Assembly: GCA_050613775.1 (NCBI GenBank) | Contig: JBODTK010000146.1 | Location: 372,001-426,150, forward strand | From: Neocallimastix sp. 'constans' | Taxonomy: Eukaryota | Direction: 5' to 3' | DNA length: 54,150 bases | In this document: positions 12,769 to 30,556 of the stretch, piece after piece | Layout: every line of letters begins with the position of its first letter | Numbering within the stretch: position 1 is the stretch's first letter | The notes under the pieces: model-generated | What the model was told of the DNA's origin: nothing | The model's input: only the letters and a program-made list of their open reading frames with translations | Databases searched by the model: none | Made by a program: the position numbers and the translations under genes

Positions 12769-13653
12769 ATGCCAATTATTCATGTTAGTTCCGAAGTTGA
12801 ATATAATAAATATGTTAGTCAAGGAAAATTGGTAAATCATCATTTTTACTGTAAAATATATTTTTAATATATCATTTATTGTATAGTAAAATTAAAGAAT
12901 ATTTAAATTTAATATGAAATTTAAATAATATTCAATATATATTAAAGACTGTTGTTGATTTCTTTGCTGATTGGTGTGGGTAAAATTATAATATATATAT
13001 ATAGATAAATTATTTAATTGATTTAATAAAATTCTAATATACTCAAATATAAATGATATTAAAATTAAATCTCTAATATATTATTATGAAAATCGTAAAT
13101 TAATAATTAAAATAGACCATGTAAAGCAATTGCACCACGTTTTGAAAATTTATCAAACACATACAGAAATGCCAATTTCTTAAAAGTAAACATTGATGAA
13201 ATGAATGTAATTATTAGAATTTATATATACGTATATATATATTATTATATTAGAAATAAAAATATCAATAATTTTAATAAAAAATGAATTAATAAAATAA
13301 AATAGTCATTAGCATCAGGACTTTCTGTTTCTAGTATTCCAACTTTTATTTTTTATAAATCTGGGAAAACTCTTCACCGTATTACAGGTGCTAATGTTGC
13401 GGAATTAGAAAGTACTATTAAAAAATACTACACTAAAGAAGGAGGTATGCCAACTACTGGTGGTCATGTTCTTGGTACTGGTAAAGCACCACAAGCTGGT
13501 TTTCGTGCTACTGGTGAACCAGGTTCATTCCAACAATTTCTTAGTAATCCACCACAAACTTTAATACTTGGTATTGTTGTTGTTATTCTAATTTTCTGGT
13601 TTACAAAGGGTAAAGCCAGTGATGATGATTATGCTAGATGGTTAAAAAGCTAA
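12769..13653 (+). CDS. Thioredoxin with C-terminal extension and transmembrane tail (4 exons)
   Basis: Exons 12769-12831, 12948-12979, 13116-13206, 13306-13653. VVDFFADWCG|PCKAIAP active site, FLKVNIDE, VSSIPTF, GAN. The tail continues PTTGGHVLG..TLILGIVVVILIFWFTKGK..WLKS stop. Confidence 0.9.
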
Positions 13654-13832
13654 ATGTGTATATTAAAATTGTTTTTTTATTATTTTTTATTTAAAGATAA
13701 ATGTGTATTTAATAAAAAATAAAAATATCATATAACAATATTCATTTATATACTATGTAATATTGAAAAAAATACAATAATTAAAATTATAAAAAAAAAA
13801 AAATTCAATTAAATTTTTTTACAATTATTTAA

Positions 13833-13866
<34 letters not shown>

Positions 13867-14316
13867 CATATAATAAATTAATGAAATGAATTTTAGTAAA
13901 AAAAAAAAGAAAAAAAAAAAAAAAACAATAATAAAATGTTAATTATTAAAAATAAAATAAAATAAAATAAAATAAAAAATAAGAATTATTATTATATATC
14001 TATGTGTTTTGCTTTTTTAAATTGTATATTATTATTTATAAAAATAAAGTATATTGTAGGAATATATTATCATTAAGAATGTGGTATAAAGAAATTATTA
14101 AAATAATTTTATTATTGTATAATTAAATATTTTATTTTTAATAAATAATAAATTTTCAAAAAAATGAAAAACATATAATATACAATTTACATATAATATA
14201 TTAAATAATTTATATATTGGAATAGTAAATTTATTTAAAAATTATTTAAAATAATTTTATTTATTTTTATTTCATTATTATAAATTTTTTAATGAGTGGT
14301 CTGTAAGTTTATTATG

Positions 14317-14351
<35 letters not shown>

Positions 14352-14505
14352 TTTTATATTTAAAATAGAAAAACTTTTATATAATATTATTATAATTATA
14401 AATTATTTTTTATAAAGAAAAAGAAAGAATATTTAAAATATAAATATAAGTAATGCATTTAATATATTAAATAATTTAATAATATTTGATCATAGAAAAA
14501 TTTCT

Positions 14506-14552
<47 letters not shown>

Positions 14553-14620
14553 AACTATTGATTTTATATATAAATTAGTATTAAAATATTCAAATAATAA
14601 GTTAATAAAAATAATAAATT

Positions 14621-18171
<3,551 letters not shown>

Positions 18172-18903
18172 AATATAAATATCATAATAAATATCATAAA
18201 ATGAAATAAAAATTAATAATATTTATATATATATGAGTTAATAATACCAACAATAAACATATTAATTATTTAATTTACAGACAAAATATATATATATATA
18301 TATTAATTATTTATTTCCTCTTTATTTAATGTAATGAATTATGAAATATATATATAAAAGAAAAGGAAAGAAAAAAAAAATTTTTTTATTTATTTATTTT
18401 TCATTAGAATTTAATTTGGTAGCATCTAGTAAATAATTAAATAATAATGATAATAATTTCTTTTATTAAATTATGATATATTCATGTATTTATTTTAATA
18501 TCTAATAAAAATAAAATAAAATAAATAAATAAATGAAATAATAATAATAAAAAAAAGAAATTAATAATAATAATTATAGTAATTATTAATAATAATAAGT
18601 ATACATGTGTGTTGATATATATATATATATTATTGCATTTTATTTTATCATTTATCATTTTATTTCATTTTTTTTTTTATCATTAATTATTTTATTTCAT
18701 TTTTATTTTATCATTGATTATTTATTAGTTATTTTTATTTTTTTGTTTATATACTATTTATTTAATTATATTAAATATTAATTCATAATTTATAACATGA
18801 AGTTATCAAATAAAATAAAATCTTTATTTTACATTTATAAGTAATATCATATATTTTTATTTAATTAATTTAATATATATATATATATATATTAATAGAG
18901 AAT

Positions 18904-19069
18904 TTAATTATCCTTGCAGTATTTACTAGTATTTATATCGAAACCAACAACTGGGAATTGTTTTGAAAATTGAATAACATCTTTCTTTAATTCTTCTATT
19001 TCAGGATAAGTATTATTATTTAATGCACTCTTGAAGTCACGTAATTTACCTTTTTATTAAGGTAACAAT

Positions 19070-19130
<61 letters not shown>

Positions 19131-20343
19131 TAAAACAAAAAATAAAGAGATAAATAAAAATTTCACACATCAATATTAATATTATTAATATTATTAATGT
19201 TTATTTATTTATTATTGAGTCATTTATTATTGTTATCTATTTAATTACCTTTTACTTGTTGATGAATTTTTATTGTAATATTTATTCCACGGTCTACAAA
19301 TTCAGCTATTTTCTTGAAATCTTCTTCTTTTAATTCACGAGATGTCATAGCTGGGCTACCCATTCTTAAACCACTTGGCAATATAGCACTTTTATCTCCT
19401 GGAATTGTATTTTTATTTGCCGAGATATTTGCTCTTTCAAGAACCTTTTCAACTCTTGAACCATCAATTTTCTAATTAAGATTATATAAAAAGATAAAAA
19501 TGATTTATTTAGTTTGGTTATTAATTTTTAATATTTTATATATTTATATATATATTAATAATAAAATTTAATATTATAATATATTGTTTATTTTTTAATT
19601 CTACCTTTGGTTTTAAATTTAATACTAATAAATGGGTATCAGTACCATCAGAAACAATTTTATAACCCATCTTTTTAAATTCATTTTCAAGAACTTTACA
19701 ATTTTTTAAAACTTGTGATTGATATTTTTTAAAACTTTCAGTTTTAACTTGCTTTAACGCGACAGCTAAAGCAGCAATGGAATTATTATGTGGACCACCA
19801 TGAAGTTGTGGGAAAACAGCTGTATTAATTTTATTTTCAAGATCATAAAATTCTAATATTAAATAATTATGATATTATGATAATTATTTCTTATTATTAA
19901 TTAAATATTTAAAATAATGATAATGATAATGATAATGGTACTAATTAAATTTTGTTAATATACCTTGTAGATTATGCATTATAGTTCTTCTAACACCTTT
20001 TCTATAGAAAATCAAAGCACCTCTTGGACCTCTTAATGATTTATGAGTCGTAGTAGTAACAACATCACAAAATTCAAATGGATTATTAAGATATCCAGCA
20101 GCAATCATACCTTATTATTATTATTACCACCGTTATTATTAATATTAATATTATCATTATTATTATCATTTTTAGTAGTTATTATTATTATTATTATTAT
20201 TATTAATATTATCATTATTATTATCATTTTTTGTAGTTATTATTATTATTAATATTAATATTATTATTATTATTATCATTTTTAGTAGTTATTATTATTA
20301 TTAGTATTACTTCTATTATCATTATTATTATATATATACTATG

Positions 20344-20380
<37 letters not shown>

Positions 20381-20852
20381 AAATAAAATCAATTAAATTT
20401 CATTGTATTAATTAATATGATAATAAATTATAAATATAACTTTAATAGTTAAACATACCACTAACATGTGCAATATCAGCCATTAAATATGCTTTAGTAA
20501 GTTTTGCTATCTATCAATAAAAATATTTTTAATATTTATATATATATATAATTTTAATATTATATAAATACTATAACAGAACATTACTTTTTTATTACTT
20601 AAAATTTATATTTAATAATTTAAAATTTATTTTTAAAAAAATTTACTTTCTTCATGCGTTCATAATCAAAATTTCTTGAGTAGGCACTAGAACCAGCAAC
20701 AATTAATTTTGGTTTAAAAGCTTTAACTAAAACTTCAAGTTGATCATAATCTATTACCCCAGTCTTTTCATTACAATAGTATGGCATTGTTTCGAAAAAT
20801 TTTGATGCTCCTGATACCTTTCTATTAACAGTTTGATGACCATGAGATAAAC

Positions 20853-20935
<83 letters not shown>

Positions 20936-21675
20936 CACAAATATAAATATTAAAATAATTAATTCATCTGAAGTTAGCATGTTATACAATAATAATGATA
21001 TTAATAAAGAAAGATATTGTAAATAGAATTCTATAATTTTATATACATACTGTCCACCATGAGACAAACTCAAACCCATAATTCTATCATGTGGATTTAA
21101 TAAAGCGGTATAAACACTCATATTTGCTGGAGTGCCTTTTATACATATTTATTTATATAAAATAATATATTTATATAATTAATATATTTATATTATTAAT
21201 ACAGTTAAAAAATAAAATTATTATTATTATTATTAATACTATTAATATTATTACTATTACTAATACTAATTATTATTATTATTAATACTATTAATATTAT
21301 TACTATTACTAATACTAATTATTATTATTATTATTATTAAAAATATAATATTATTAATATTTTTTATTATCATTGTTATTATTATAATTAAAAAAAAAAA
21401 ACATAAATTATATTAAATAGCATTTTAATATTTACCTGATAATGCTTGAACATTAACGCCCCAAAATTCAGGATCTAAATTAAAAGCTTCTAAAGCTCTT
21501 GCTTTGCAAATATTTTCAATCATGTCAATATATTGGTTTCCACCATAATAACGAGCTCCAGGATAACCTTCTGAATATTTATTTTGTAATACAGAACCTA
21601 AAGCTTCTAAAACAGCAGTTGAAGTATAATTCTATTTTATTATATAATTATTATTTAATAAATTCAATGAACGAT

Positions 21676-21706
<31 letters not shown>

Positions 21707-22327
21707 TTTGGAAATCATAAAGATTAATCAAATAAATAAATATATATATATATATATATTGAAATTTAATTATTTATTTCCTTAATTTATACTATATACA
21801 AAGCTTAATTTTTAAAAAATTAATGAGATTATGGATTATATAAAAAAGGGTCAACAATTTACTTCAGAAGGAATTAAATTTATACTTTCATATTGTCTTT
21901 TTTTCTCTTTTTCAATTATATCAAATAATTCTGGGTCATTTTCTAATAAATTCTTATTTAGAAACTTTTTTTATTAAATATAATATTAAAAAAGCACTTA
22001 TTAAAATTTAAGAATTTTTATATACAATAATTAATTATAATATTATAAAATATTATAATAAAAAATTTAATTATGTATAATAATAAGAGTGAAATATACA
22101 GCATTTTCCTTTGATAATTGATGATATGATAATTTCTGTAATTTAAAATCATTATTTTTAATACTAGTACTTTCTAATGTACTTAAATGAAGGTTTAATG
22201 AAAAATTTGTTTTAAGATTTTGAGTAAAATTTCTTCTTTTTGATAATAAAGAATAATTTGATATATTAACCAAAGAATTTACAGTTTTTTGAGATAATTT
22301 ATTTAATTGAAGACTCATTTTATACAT
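18904..22327 (-). CDS. SHM1: Serine hydroxymethyltransferase with N-terminal organellar-type presequence (multi-exon)
   Basis: [40 protein letters not shown]-lysine motif [46 protein letters not shown]. Stop at 18904-18906. Exon 1 (22327-22100) is S/K/R/L/N-rich with almost no acidic residues. Confidence 0.93.
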
Positions 22328-22753
22328 TTATAAAATATATTTTTAAAAATTTAATATATATAATATTAACTATCATAAAATATTGTTGACAATATTTCCA
22401 CACTATCTATCTTTAAGTTGAAACTTAAAATTAAAATGAAATTTCTTTAATTTAAGATTAAAAAATATATCTTAAAATATTAAAATAAAATAATAATATA
22501 TATTTATATAAAATATGATATAAATATTATTTGTTATTAATTAATTATTAATTATCGTTTATTCGGTTATTTACGAAAATTATTTATATAATATGAAATA
22601 AGATTATTTTATTTTATTTTATTTTATTTTTTTATAGCCGCAATTATTGCGAACTTTAATCTTTATTTATTTATTCTTACATAAAATACATGAATAATTT
22701 TAATTTTAATAAAAAATAAAAAAAAAACACAGAATTAATAAAATAAATAAATA

Positions 22754-23490
22754 TTATTTGTCCAATTTGAACATAATAATAAATGAAATAGTAACGTGAA
22801 ATAAAAAGTAATAATCAAAAATAAGTGTATAAATAAATTCAGAAAAAAGTTCATATGCAACAAACCTCACTTTCTTATGGATTAGGGTTTGAAAGAAATT
22901 ATAGTCTTCTCCTTCAGAGGCATTGGCCCTGATAGCCTGTCTTACTGCATTTTCATCGTTGACGCTCCTGGTTAGTTTACGCTTATACTTTCGGAATACT
23001 AACTCTTGCCGAGTACTAGCCCGAGGCATAATTTCTGTATAGAGAGCCGCAGATCGCACCAAGAATGGCGTTTTTGAATAATCACCAGAAACGATTTGGT
23101 TCTTAAACAAAATATTCCATTCTTTTTTATAATTTAAATCTATTACATCTGCATCCCTTCCACCAAGAAGAAAGTTATATAATCGGTACCACGTCACATA
23201 TATATTTACACACTCATTATTCAGAAAATTACTTAAATTACCACAATTTTCACCAATTGAACTATTCACTAAATTAGAAGTAACGATATTATAATTTTCA
23301 CTATTATTAATATTAATAATTCTATTTTCACTATCACTATTTCTACTGTTATTAACAATACTATTTCTATTGTTAATATTATAAATATAATATACTTCGT
23401 TACTACTATCAGTATCAGAACTTAGTTCTATATTATTCATATCTGTGATAACAGTGTTTACATTACTATTAGATATTGGACAATATTACT
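22754..23490 (-). mobile_element. 3' fragment of a LINE-like non-LTR retrotransposon ORF
   Basis: N-rich tract, YRLYNFLLGGRD and SKTPFLVRSAALYTEIM. Nucleotide similarity to 49385-49820 and 50150-50260; protein similarity to the C-terminal part of ORF 37016-37705 (LLGGR, PYFV). Intronless. Confidence 0.65.
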
Positions 23491-23703
23491 TAACATATCT
23501 TCACATAATATGAATTTTTTTTTTTTTTTTTTTAATATTATAAATTATGTATTATGAAATTTAATAATATATATATATAAACCGGAAAAACTGAATTTTT
23601 ATTCTCATTTTTCCCTATACTCAAAAATTATTAAATCGAAAATTTTATATTACAATATAATTCAACAATAATTTTATAAAATTTATTTATTCATTCTTAA
23701 TAT

Positions 23704-23748
<45 letters not shown>

Positions 23749-24176
23749 AGCATATCATTTTTTTTTATTTTATTTATTTTTATTTTATTTTTTATTTTAT
23801 TTTTTTTATTATTTCATATATATATATATATAATATTTTTAAAGAAAAATTATTGTATTAATAAGTTTACATAATAGAATAGATATAAAAATATACATTT
23901 TCTTGAATATATGACTATAATAATTATATCAAATTAATGAATTATTATTTTGTTTTAAAAAATTATTATTATTAAGTTAATTGTTTAATAATACCATACA
24001 TTAAATAGGTGTAAAATACATAATTTGTATTATGGTAAATTTTAATAATTGAAATATATATATAAATATATATAGATTCTGACTTTAAATATTGGATTAT
24101 TATATTATACTTATACATAAGATACAAATTTTTAAATATATAATATATAATATATACATTGACTATATTTTTATTT

Positions 24177-24944
24177 TTAATATAAGTCATAATCACCAAA
24201 TTCTTCAGAAAATCCTCTTTCAAGTAATATTTTTTGTTTTTGTAGTTCGCGAGCTTTTTTATCCTTTATCTCTTGTTCATGCAATTCTTTTATTTTTTCA
24301 TATGATACCTTATTTAATGTTGGATAACCATCTTTTTCTTTATCCTTATCCTAATTAATATTATTTTAAAGTATATGTATATAAAAAAATATTATTTATG
24401 TAAAAATATATACATAATATAAACATAATATTAATATATAATAAAATCAACAATAATAAAATAACAATAAATGATTATTTCATGAATTAAAATAAATTTT
24501 AAATATTATATTAAATTATAAATTAATATTAATAAAAATAAAACATTTATCAAAAAATATCATTTAAACTTAAAACTTACAACTTCGCCAAGTAAAACAA
24601 CATTTTCACCACGAATAATAAATATACCTCTTTCTTTTTCACCATAACAGTCATTTACAATAATTCTTTCCAAAGTATCTTGAAGTACGAGATTAGCTAA
24701 ATCCAAAGAATTTATATATACAATTAATATTAATCTTTACAATTTTTAAATTAATATTTTATCTAATACAAAATAATAAAATAAATAAAAATGTAACACA
24801 TAATGAAACAGTGAAAATAAATATAAACATCAAATAATTACTATTAATTATTATAAAATATTTAATAAATATTTACCAAATTGATCATATGAACGTAAAA
24901 TACCGATTAAATTTCTTCCATCTCTAAGAATAACAAGTAATTTT

Positions 24945-25004
<60 letters not shown>

Positions 25005-25152
25005 ATGTATAAATAATATAAATACATTTAATAGTTTTTGTTATTATAAATTACTTTATAATTAATTTTCAATATATAACATTTAATATTGATATAAACA
25101 TACTATCAACACAATCAATTAAACTCGCAGTTCCTGGTAAAAAGCTTTCCAT
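24177..25152 (-). CDS. LSM1: Sm-like protein Lsm1 (4 exons)
   Basis: [67 protein letters not shown]|..[12 protein letters not shown] stop. Exons ~25152-25104, 24945-24877, 24696-24581, 24350-24177. Confidence 0.93.
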
Positions 25153-26060
25153 ATTCTAATATTTAAACTAAAAATTAAGAAATATATACACATATATATA
25201 TATATATATATAAAGTTGATTATTAAAAACTAAAAATTTTCTTTCTATGAAAAAAAAAAAATTTATATATATATTCAATTCAATTTTAGATTAATTTGAT
25301 ATCGTTACAAATAATATTTGCTGTTTTATTATTATTGTTTTTTTCATTATTATATATTAAATATGAATATAATTAAAGAGATAAAAAAAAATATATATTT
25401 TACAATTATATTATTTGATTTTTAATAATTTATGAATAAAATGAAATTTGATTGATTGTTTATCCATTTAATAATTATTTTAATATATTTCAACTCAAAA
25501 AATTATTTGTATTATTTTTATTTATATATATACAATATTAATTATGTTAATAACAATTAAAAATTTATTTTTTCTTATTTAACTCTTATTAACTCTTTCA
25601 TCTTTAATTTATTAGTGGTGAATCTTTTATTAATGTTCAGTTTTTAATTATCCAAAATAATATAATATATAATATATATTGAAAATAATATGTAACAACA
25701 TTATTTAATATATTCATACATATTTAAAATTTATTATTTTATAATTCTATTCAATGTACTTATTAAAAATTTACCTATTTATAATAGTTAATTTAAATGT
25801 ATTTCTATTTTATATTTATTTCTATTTTACAATCTGATAAAATAATTTTTATTAAAATTATTTTTATATATTATAATTACTAATAAATAAATTATAAACT
25901 AATAAAAAAAAATTTAATTATTAAATTTATACATAAATAAAAAATAATAATAATCTATGACCAATAATAAAATATTCAAATTGATTATATATTATTCCTT
26001 TAAAATACTTAAAAATTTTATAGGAATCAATTATTATAAATATGCAATAATAGTTAATAT

Positions 26061-26258
26061 TATTATTTTATATGAAATTTTATTAATAAGGGTATTTATG
26101 AGTAAATATAAATAGTTGATTAGCAATGTTCAACATAATGAAATTTACATGTATTTATAATTAAAATGTGGCTTGTTATTGATTACTTTTAATTAATTAC
26201 ATTATATGTTTAATAATTTATATTATTCTAGATTCATTTAATATATAAATTCACATAT
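26061..26258 (+). repeat. Left LTR-like direct repeat
   Basis: Aligns by eye to 27563-27770 (tttattaataagg.tatttatgagtaaata..aaaatgtggcttgtt..ttctagattcattt..). Confidence 0.85.
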
Positions 26259-27562
26259 ATTTGTAATCAAATAATTTCCCCCTAAAACTAAGTATTTAAT
26301 ATTATTACACCATTAATATTAGATGTATCTAATACAACTCTTATAATATATGGTTTATATATTACCATTTGTATGATGGAAATCTTTCTCTTGAAGTTTG
26401 ATATTATACCATCTCAATTTGTGTGAATGCTTCTTATATATTGGGTTTTACATCACTTTCAATTATAATCCGCTTTATAGATTAGCGCTAACTTTTATAT
26501 ATATTTCGCTTTGTAGCTTTGGCGATAACTATTAAATATTGATTTATAAATTATTATTAACTATTAAAATATTTTCGCTTTGTATTTTAAGATTCATATT
26601 GGATGAGTTTTGTAAAACTTCATCAAATTAAGTTTTATTACATTAAAGTAACTTGCAATCATTATATAAATTATTATTAATTTGTTAAAATTTTTTAGAT
26701 ATAAATTTATTATAGTGGTATCTTCGACTTATAGTCTTCAACCTTACTTTTGTTGGATATACAGATAGAAACCATTTATTATAATCACTTTTTGTGGGAT
26801 AAATAATTAACCTTGCAACAGGGTATACTTTAGTTGGTAAGAGGTAACCAATTTATCATTCTTCTATTATCACTCTTTTGTGGGTTTAGTATTAACCTTG
26901 CGATTGCTTTTAAATGTTTATTATGAAATCTCTTATGAAACTATTTGTTTGTTTTACATAAAATTGTTAATTATTATATATTGGTGCATTTGACAAATTA
27001 TAATCTTGGGGTATTAAAATTGATTTCATTTATAATTAATTATGTTATTTTAGTCATTTAAATTTATTAATAAATAATACAAATTGCTTCATAATTGAAA
27101 AAATTCCATATTTCAATTAATTTCTCCTTGTATTAAGTTTTGTTTTTCATTTTACTTAAGAGTTTATTAGTATTATCCATACCAATATCTTTAATCATTT
27201 TTCCTGGAAAATCTTCTGCATATTCAAAATTATCCTTCATACATTGGAGGTAACATGGTATTTCATCTGGCGAATAGACGTAGTTTGAACTTTAAAAATA
27301 TCCTAATGTACTTCATCCTTTGCTTTGGGTAATCTTAACTTTTTTCTTGAAAACTAAATATAGTTTTACTATTTCTTTGAGTGGTTCTTAAATTTTGGTT
27401 GGAGGTTACAAATATTTTGAATTTCAAAATTTCAATTTTGAGATTTTGAGATCTCAGAATGAATTTTCCTGATATGGCTTATCTCATGTAGCTTCATCGT
27501 CAGATTACAAAATAAAAATAATATTATTTTTTTTTTGATTAGAGTCATTGAGACTCATAATT

Positions 27563-27770
27563 TGTTATTTTATATTAAGTTTTATTAATAAGGTTATTTA
27601 TGAGTAAATACAAATAGGTGATTAACAATTTTCTACATATTGAAATTTACATTTAATATTAAAATGTGGCTTGTTCTATATTACTTTTAATTAATTACAT
27701 TATATTATGTTTATATTAACAATTTATATTACTGTTATTCTAGATTCATTTAATATATAAATTCATATAT
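27563..27770 (+). repeat. Right LTR-like direct repeat
   Basis: Aligns to 26061-26258 with substitutions and small indels. Confidence 0.85.
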
Positions 27771-27951
27771 TCATTTTAATTAAATTCAAATATTTTTTTT
27801 CATAAAATTAATAAATATATTGCCTTTATTTTTCTTATTTTTTTTCCAATTTAATTTATTTTATCAAATAATAGAAATATATTAAAGAAAGCATATTGAG
27901 TATCGTTAGTATAATTAATTATTTAATAAAATTTTTATGTAATATTTAAAA

Positions 27952-30524
27952 ATGGATAAAGAAAAAGAAAAGAAAGAAGTAGAAGATAAAAAAAATAGAA
28001 AAATTGAGAAAATAAAAGAAAAGAAGAATGAAAATGAGAATAAAGTAATAGAAAAAGAAAATACAACTACAATGGAAAAAGGAAAAGATAAAGAAACTGA
28101 AAAACGAAGTTTTAGAAAAGAATCAAAAGGAATATCAAAAAGAATTGTTAATTTATTTTATTTGGAAAAAGAAGTAAATTCATGGAATATAGCCTCAGAT
28201 TTTAACCAAATATTTGACTTAAGAGCACTCCAATTTGTATCCTATTATTGGACAAGGTTACATAGTTCACGAAAATATTACATAATTGTTTTACTTTTAG
28301 CACTTACAACAAGGAATATTATCAAATTAAATGAAAAGCATGATTTTAAAAAGGCATTTAATTTTTTTCTTTTTATTACTATTATCATTTTATTATTATC
28401 ATAATTATAATTATTATAATTATTATAATTATTATTATTATTATTTAAAAATACTATATTATACTCAAGTTTTAATTTTGAATTTATTTTATTAAATATT
28501 CATCTCTTCAAAAATTTTTGATCCTTATAGTTCCAATAAAATACTTTCAATAATATCATTTCAATTCATATTTATATTAACTTTATTTATTTTTTTATTT
28601 CATACACATATTAAACTAAACTAAATAATAAATAGCTTTTAGATATAATTCAAAAGGAAAGTAATAATGTTAAATTCGGATTAGACCGAAAATTTATAAA
28701 TAACGTACTATCAATTTTATATAATAAACTTTCAGTAATTAAAAATGATTCAATAAGTAATGAAATAAATACTGTAGAATTTAAATCAATTAAATATAAT
28801 ATTAATAAATTAATAAAAGCAGGTTTGTTTATAAGTTAAATAATATTAATAATTAAATACATGTTTAAATGTAATTATTAATTTAAAACCTTTTTTTTTT
28901 TTTTTGTTTTAAACATTTATATTACTGGATTTTTTTTTTTTTTTTTTGTTAAAAAAAAAAAAAAAAAGATAAAGAATGGAAATGTAGATGTAATTCTCCT
29001 TTATTTACATATATAAATCATAACTCAGAAGATGAAATAAAATTTAAAAAAAGTATAAGATGGAAAAACAATCAGAATATACCAACGGAGAAAGAAAGAA
29101 TGAATAAATATAAAAAGCTAAATTATTTTAAAAATAAAAATATAGGTAAATTATTAATATTATTACTCTATTTAATTAATATATATTTGAATTTTACATT
29201 TTATAATTAAATTTCAAATTTAAATTTCAAATTTCATAAATCAAATTTTAAATATATAATTATTATTTATGAATAATAATTTGTTTATTATTTATATATA
29301 TATTATATAAAAAAATAAAAATAAAAATAAAAATAAAAATAAAAATAAAAATAAAAATAAAAATAAAAATAAAATAAAATAAAATAAAATGAAATAAAAT
29401 AAAATAAAATAAAAAAAAAAAAAAGACGAATTTTTAAAAAGAAAAACCATTTTTGAGCCAACGGTTATTGTTAAAGAAAAACCTAATTCATTTTTACGTT
29501 CAGGACATAATCTTCCAGGTAAATAATTTATCTAATTTTTGTACATTCCTGAATTTATTTAAATTTTAAAATAATCTATTAAAAAAAAAGAATAAATAAA
29601 TAAAGTATAATATATATTATTGTATATAAAAAAATAAATTTTAATATATTATTTATTAAAATTAGTAAGTAAATCAATTAGTGTACCTACAAAAGTTTCA
29701 AAATCAATGTTATCATCAAATCAAAAGCAGGTTAAAAAATTAGTAATATTAGGTAGAGAGGAAATACAAAATATTGAAAAAGAAGAAAAACAAAGACTTC
29801 AAGAATTAAAGGAAAGAAAATCAGAAGAAAAAAAAAGAAAAAAAGAAGAAAAATTGAAAAAGAAGAGTAAAAGAAAATCTAATACATCTAAATCTTCCAA
29901 ATCAACTTCTTCACCAAAAGAACTTGAAAAGCCTTCCTCATCTGATTTTGCTATCATAATAGACGATGTTGATGATGAAGATGAAAAGTCTGCCTTTTCA
30001 TCACCTATATCAATCAGTTCTGATGATTGTTCACCACCTATGGCTGGTTCATCAGTGTTTGAAGAACCTTCACCCATTTTAATGAATGAAACAGAAAGTA
30101 TACCCTCATCACCAATAAGATCATTGATAAGATCCCCTTCAACATCACCAATAAAGCCATTGCTTACGGAGAGTCCTCAAAATAGTAAATATATTTTTTT
30201 ATATATTATAAGAAAAAATCCAGAAATTTTTAAAATAAAAAATAAGAAAAAATATATATATATATATATATATATGAATAATTAAAAATAGTTGTAATAA
30301 TGATTAGAATATTATTATTTTAGTAAATCTAAAGATAGAATTGATATTGATATTTATAATAATAGTATTATTATGATTTTAGAATTGTACTATTAATGTA
30401 CTATAAAAATTATATGTCATTATTATTACTAATCATAGTAAATAATATTTAAATTATTCAAATTCAAATATAAAATTTTAAAGTAATATTCAATTTAAAA
30501 TAATATTAAAATACAATAATATAA

Positions 30525-30556
<32 letters not shown>

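Larger units (their letters stand above)
26061..27770 (-). mobile_element. Copy 2: compact degenerate LTR-retrotransposon-like (TRIM-like) element with flanking direct repeats
   Basis: Diverged ~200-bp direct repeats (26061-26258 and 27563-27770; one starts TGTTA, the other ends TCACA). Polypurine tract at 26275-26283 on the minus strand. RNase H-like remnant 26300-26690; gag-like remnant ~27090-27275 (PDEIPCYLQCMKDNFEYAEDFP..KT*YKEKLIEIWNFF). Leader shared with copy 1. Confidence 0.65.

Noticed and set aside
20150..21340. ~50-bp tandem duplications and (ATT)n runs in SHMT introns
   Set aside because: Ordinary slippage in low-complexity introns.
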